From positions 97,154,001-97,218,000 of the forward strand of contig JANJGN010000021.1 in the NCBI GenBank assembly GCA_026770705.1: DNA of 64,000 nt, in the 5' to 3' direction. The position numbers and the translations under genes are program-made. Below are positions 63,522-64,000 of the stretch, in pieces (the first letter of the stretch is position 1; each line of letters begins with the position of its first letter). The stretch comes from Isurus oxyrinchus. Taxonomy: Eukaryota. The notes below the pieces were generated by a model. The model searched no databases. It was not told the DNA's origin and saw only the letters and a list, made by a program, of their open reading frames with translations.

Positions 63522-64000
63522 TTAAGTTTAGAATGAGTCACTGGTATACTAAATGCAATGCACTTTTGTTCCATTTTACATAATAGAATGAGTTGATTTG
63601 TAAAGCTAATTCCCCGAAACAATCAGTAAAGAAGAAACAATGGGGAGCAGACTTGCACAAACACGAAATACATGTCGGAATCTCATATGCATTCGCCAAA
63701 TTGACGTTACAGAGAGTCGGCAGGAGAGCTCAGTAGTTAGTAAATCAATTGAAGTGGGCTATCTTTCTTGTCAACCAAAGCACTCTTCAATGTGAGGGCC
63801 TATTGGCCTGGAGCGTGTGCTTCTATAACTTTTTACTTTATATCAGGGCTAAGTCCTGCGCTGATTCTTGGTAAAACATTCGTTTGCTTTGAGGCACCAA
63901 CAGCATGCATTCTCAGGGAATTTCATAACCCTGAAGCATTAATTCAGTTTTCCTTTCCAAATCTGCTGTTAGACTTCCTGCACAACAGTAAAATTTACAC

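Larger units (their letters stand above)
1..64000 (+). repeat. Tandem array (macrosatellite) of ~2.35-kb units, each with one tRNA-His gene; ~27 units, runs off both window ends
   Basis: Sequence and ORF track recur with period 2347-2348 (e.g. ORF starts 137, 2484, 4831, 7179...). Period is 2326-2379 in the diverged distal units. Confidence 0.99.

Noticed and set aside
137-63622. Numerous 60-167 aa ORFs repeated in each unit
   Set aside because: They overlap on both strands with no recognisable domains, many start at non-ATG codons, and they are broken freely by stops and frameshifts between units. Recurrence only reflects the DNA repeat.
1-64000. CRISPR array or prokaryotic system
   Set aside because: Repeats are 2.35 kb with no unique spacers and no cas genes. 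The tRNA is eukaryotic type (no encoded CCA, no genomic G-1).

Overview
Eukaryotic (vertebrate, probably cartilaginous fish by repeat style) non-coding DNA. The whole window is a head-to-tail tandem array of ~27 units of ~2.35 kb (2347/2348 bp in the core). Each unit carries one + strand tRNA-His(GTG) gene (26 copies visible), usually followed by a T4 Pol III terminator. Units up to ~46.7 kb are nearly identical. Beyond that the array grades into older, mosaic and finally distinct (~2378 bp) units with pseudogenised tRNAs. One unit holds a young, 5'-truncated Penelope-like retroelement (40673-41883, minus strand) with an 8-bp TSD, an uninterrupted GIY-YIG endonuclease ORF and a minimal hammerhead ribozyme motif. 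The spacer of every unit appears partly built from old, decayed copies of the same kind of Penelope 3' terminus, including a fossil hammerhead on the tRNA strand. The other ORFs in the track are spurious products of the repeat.
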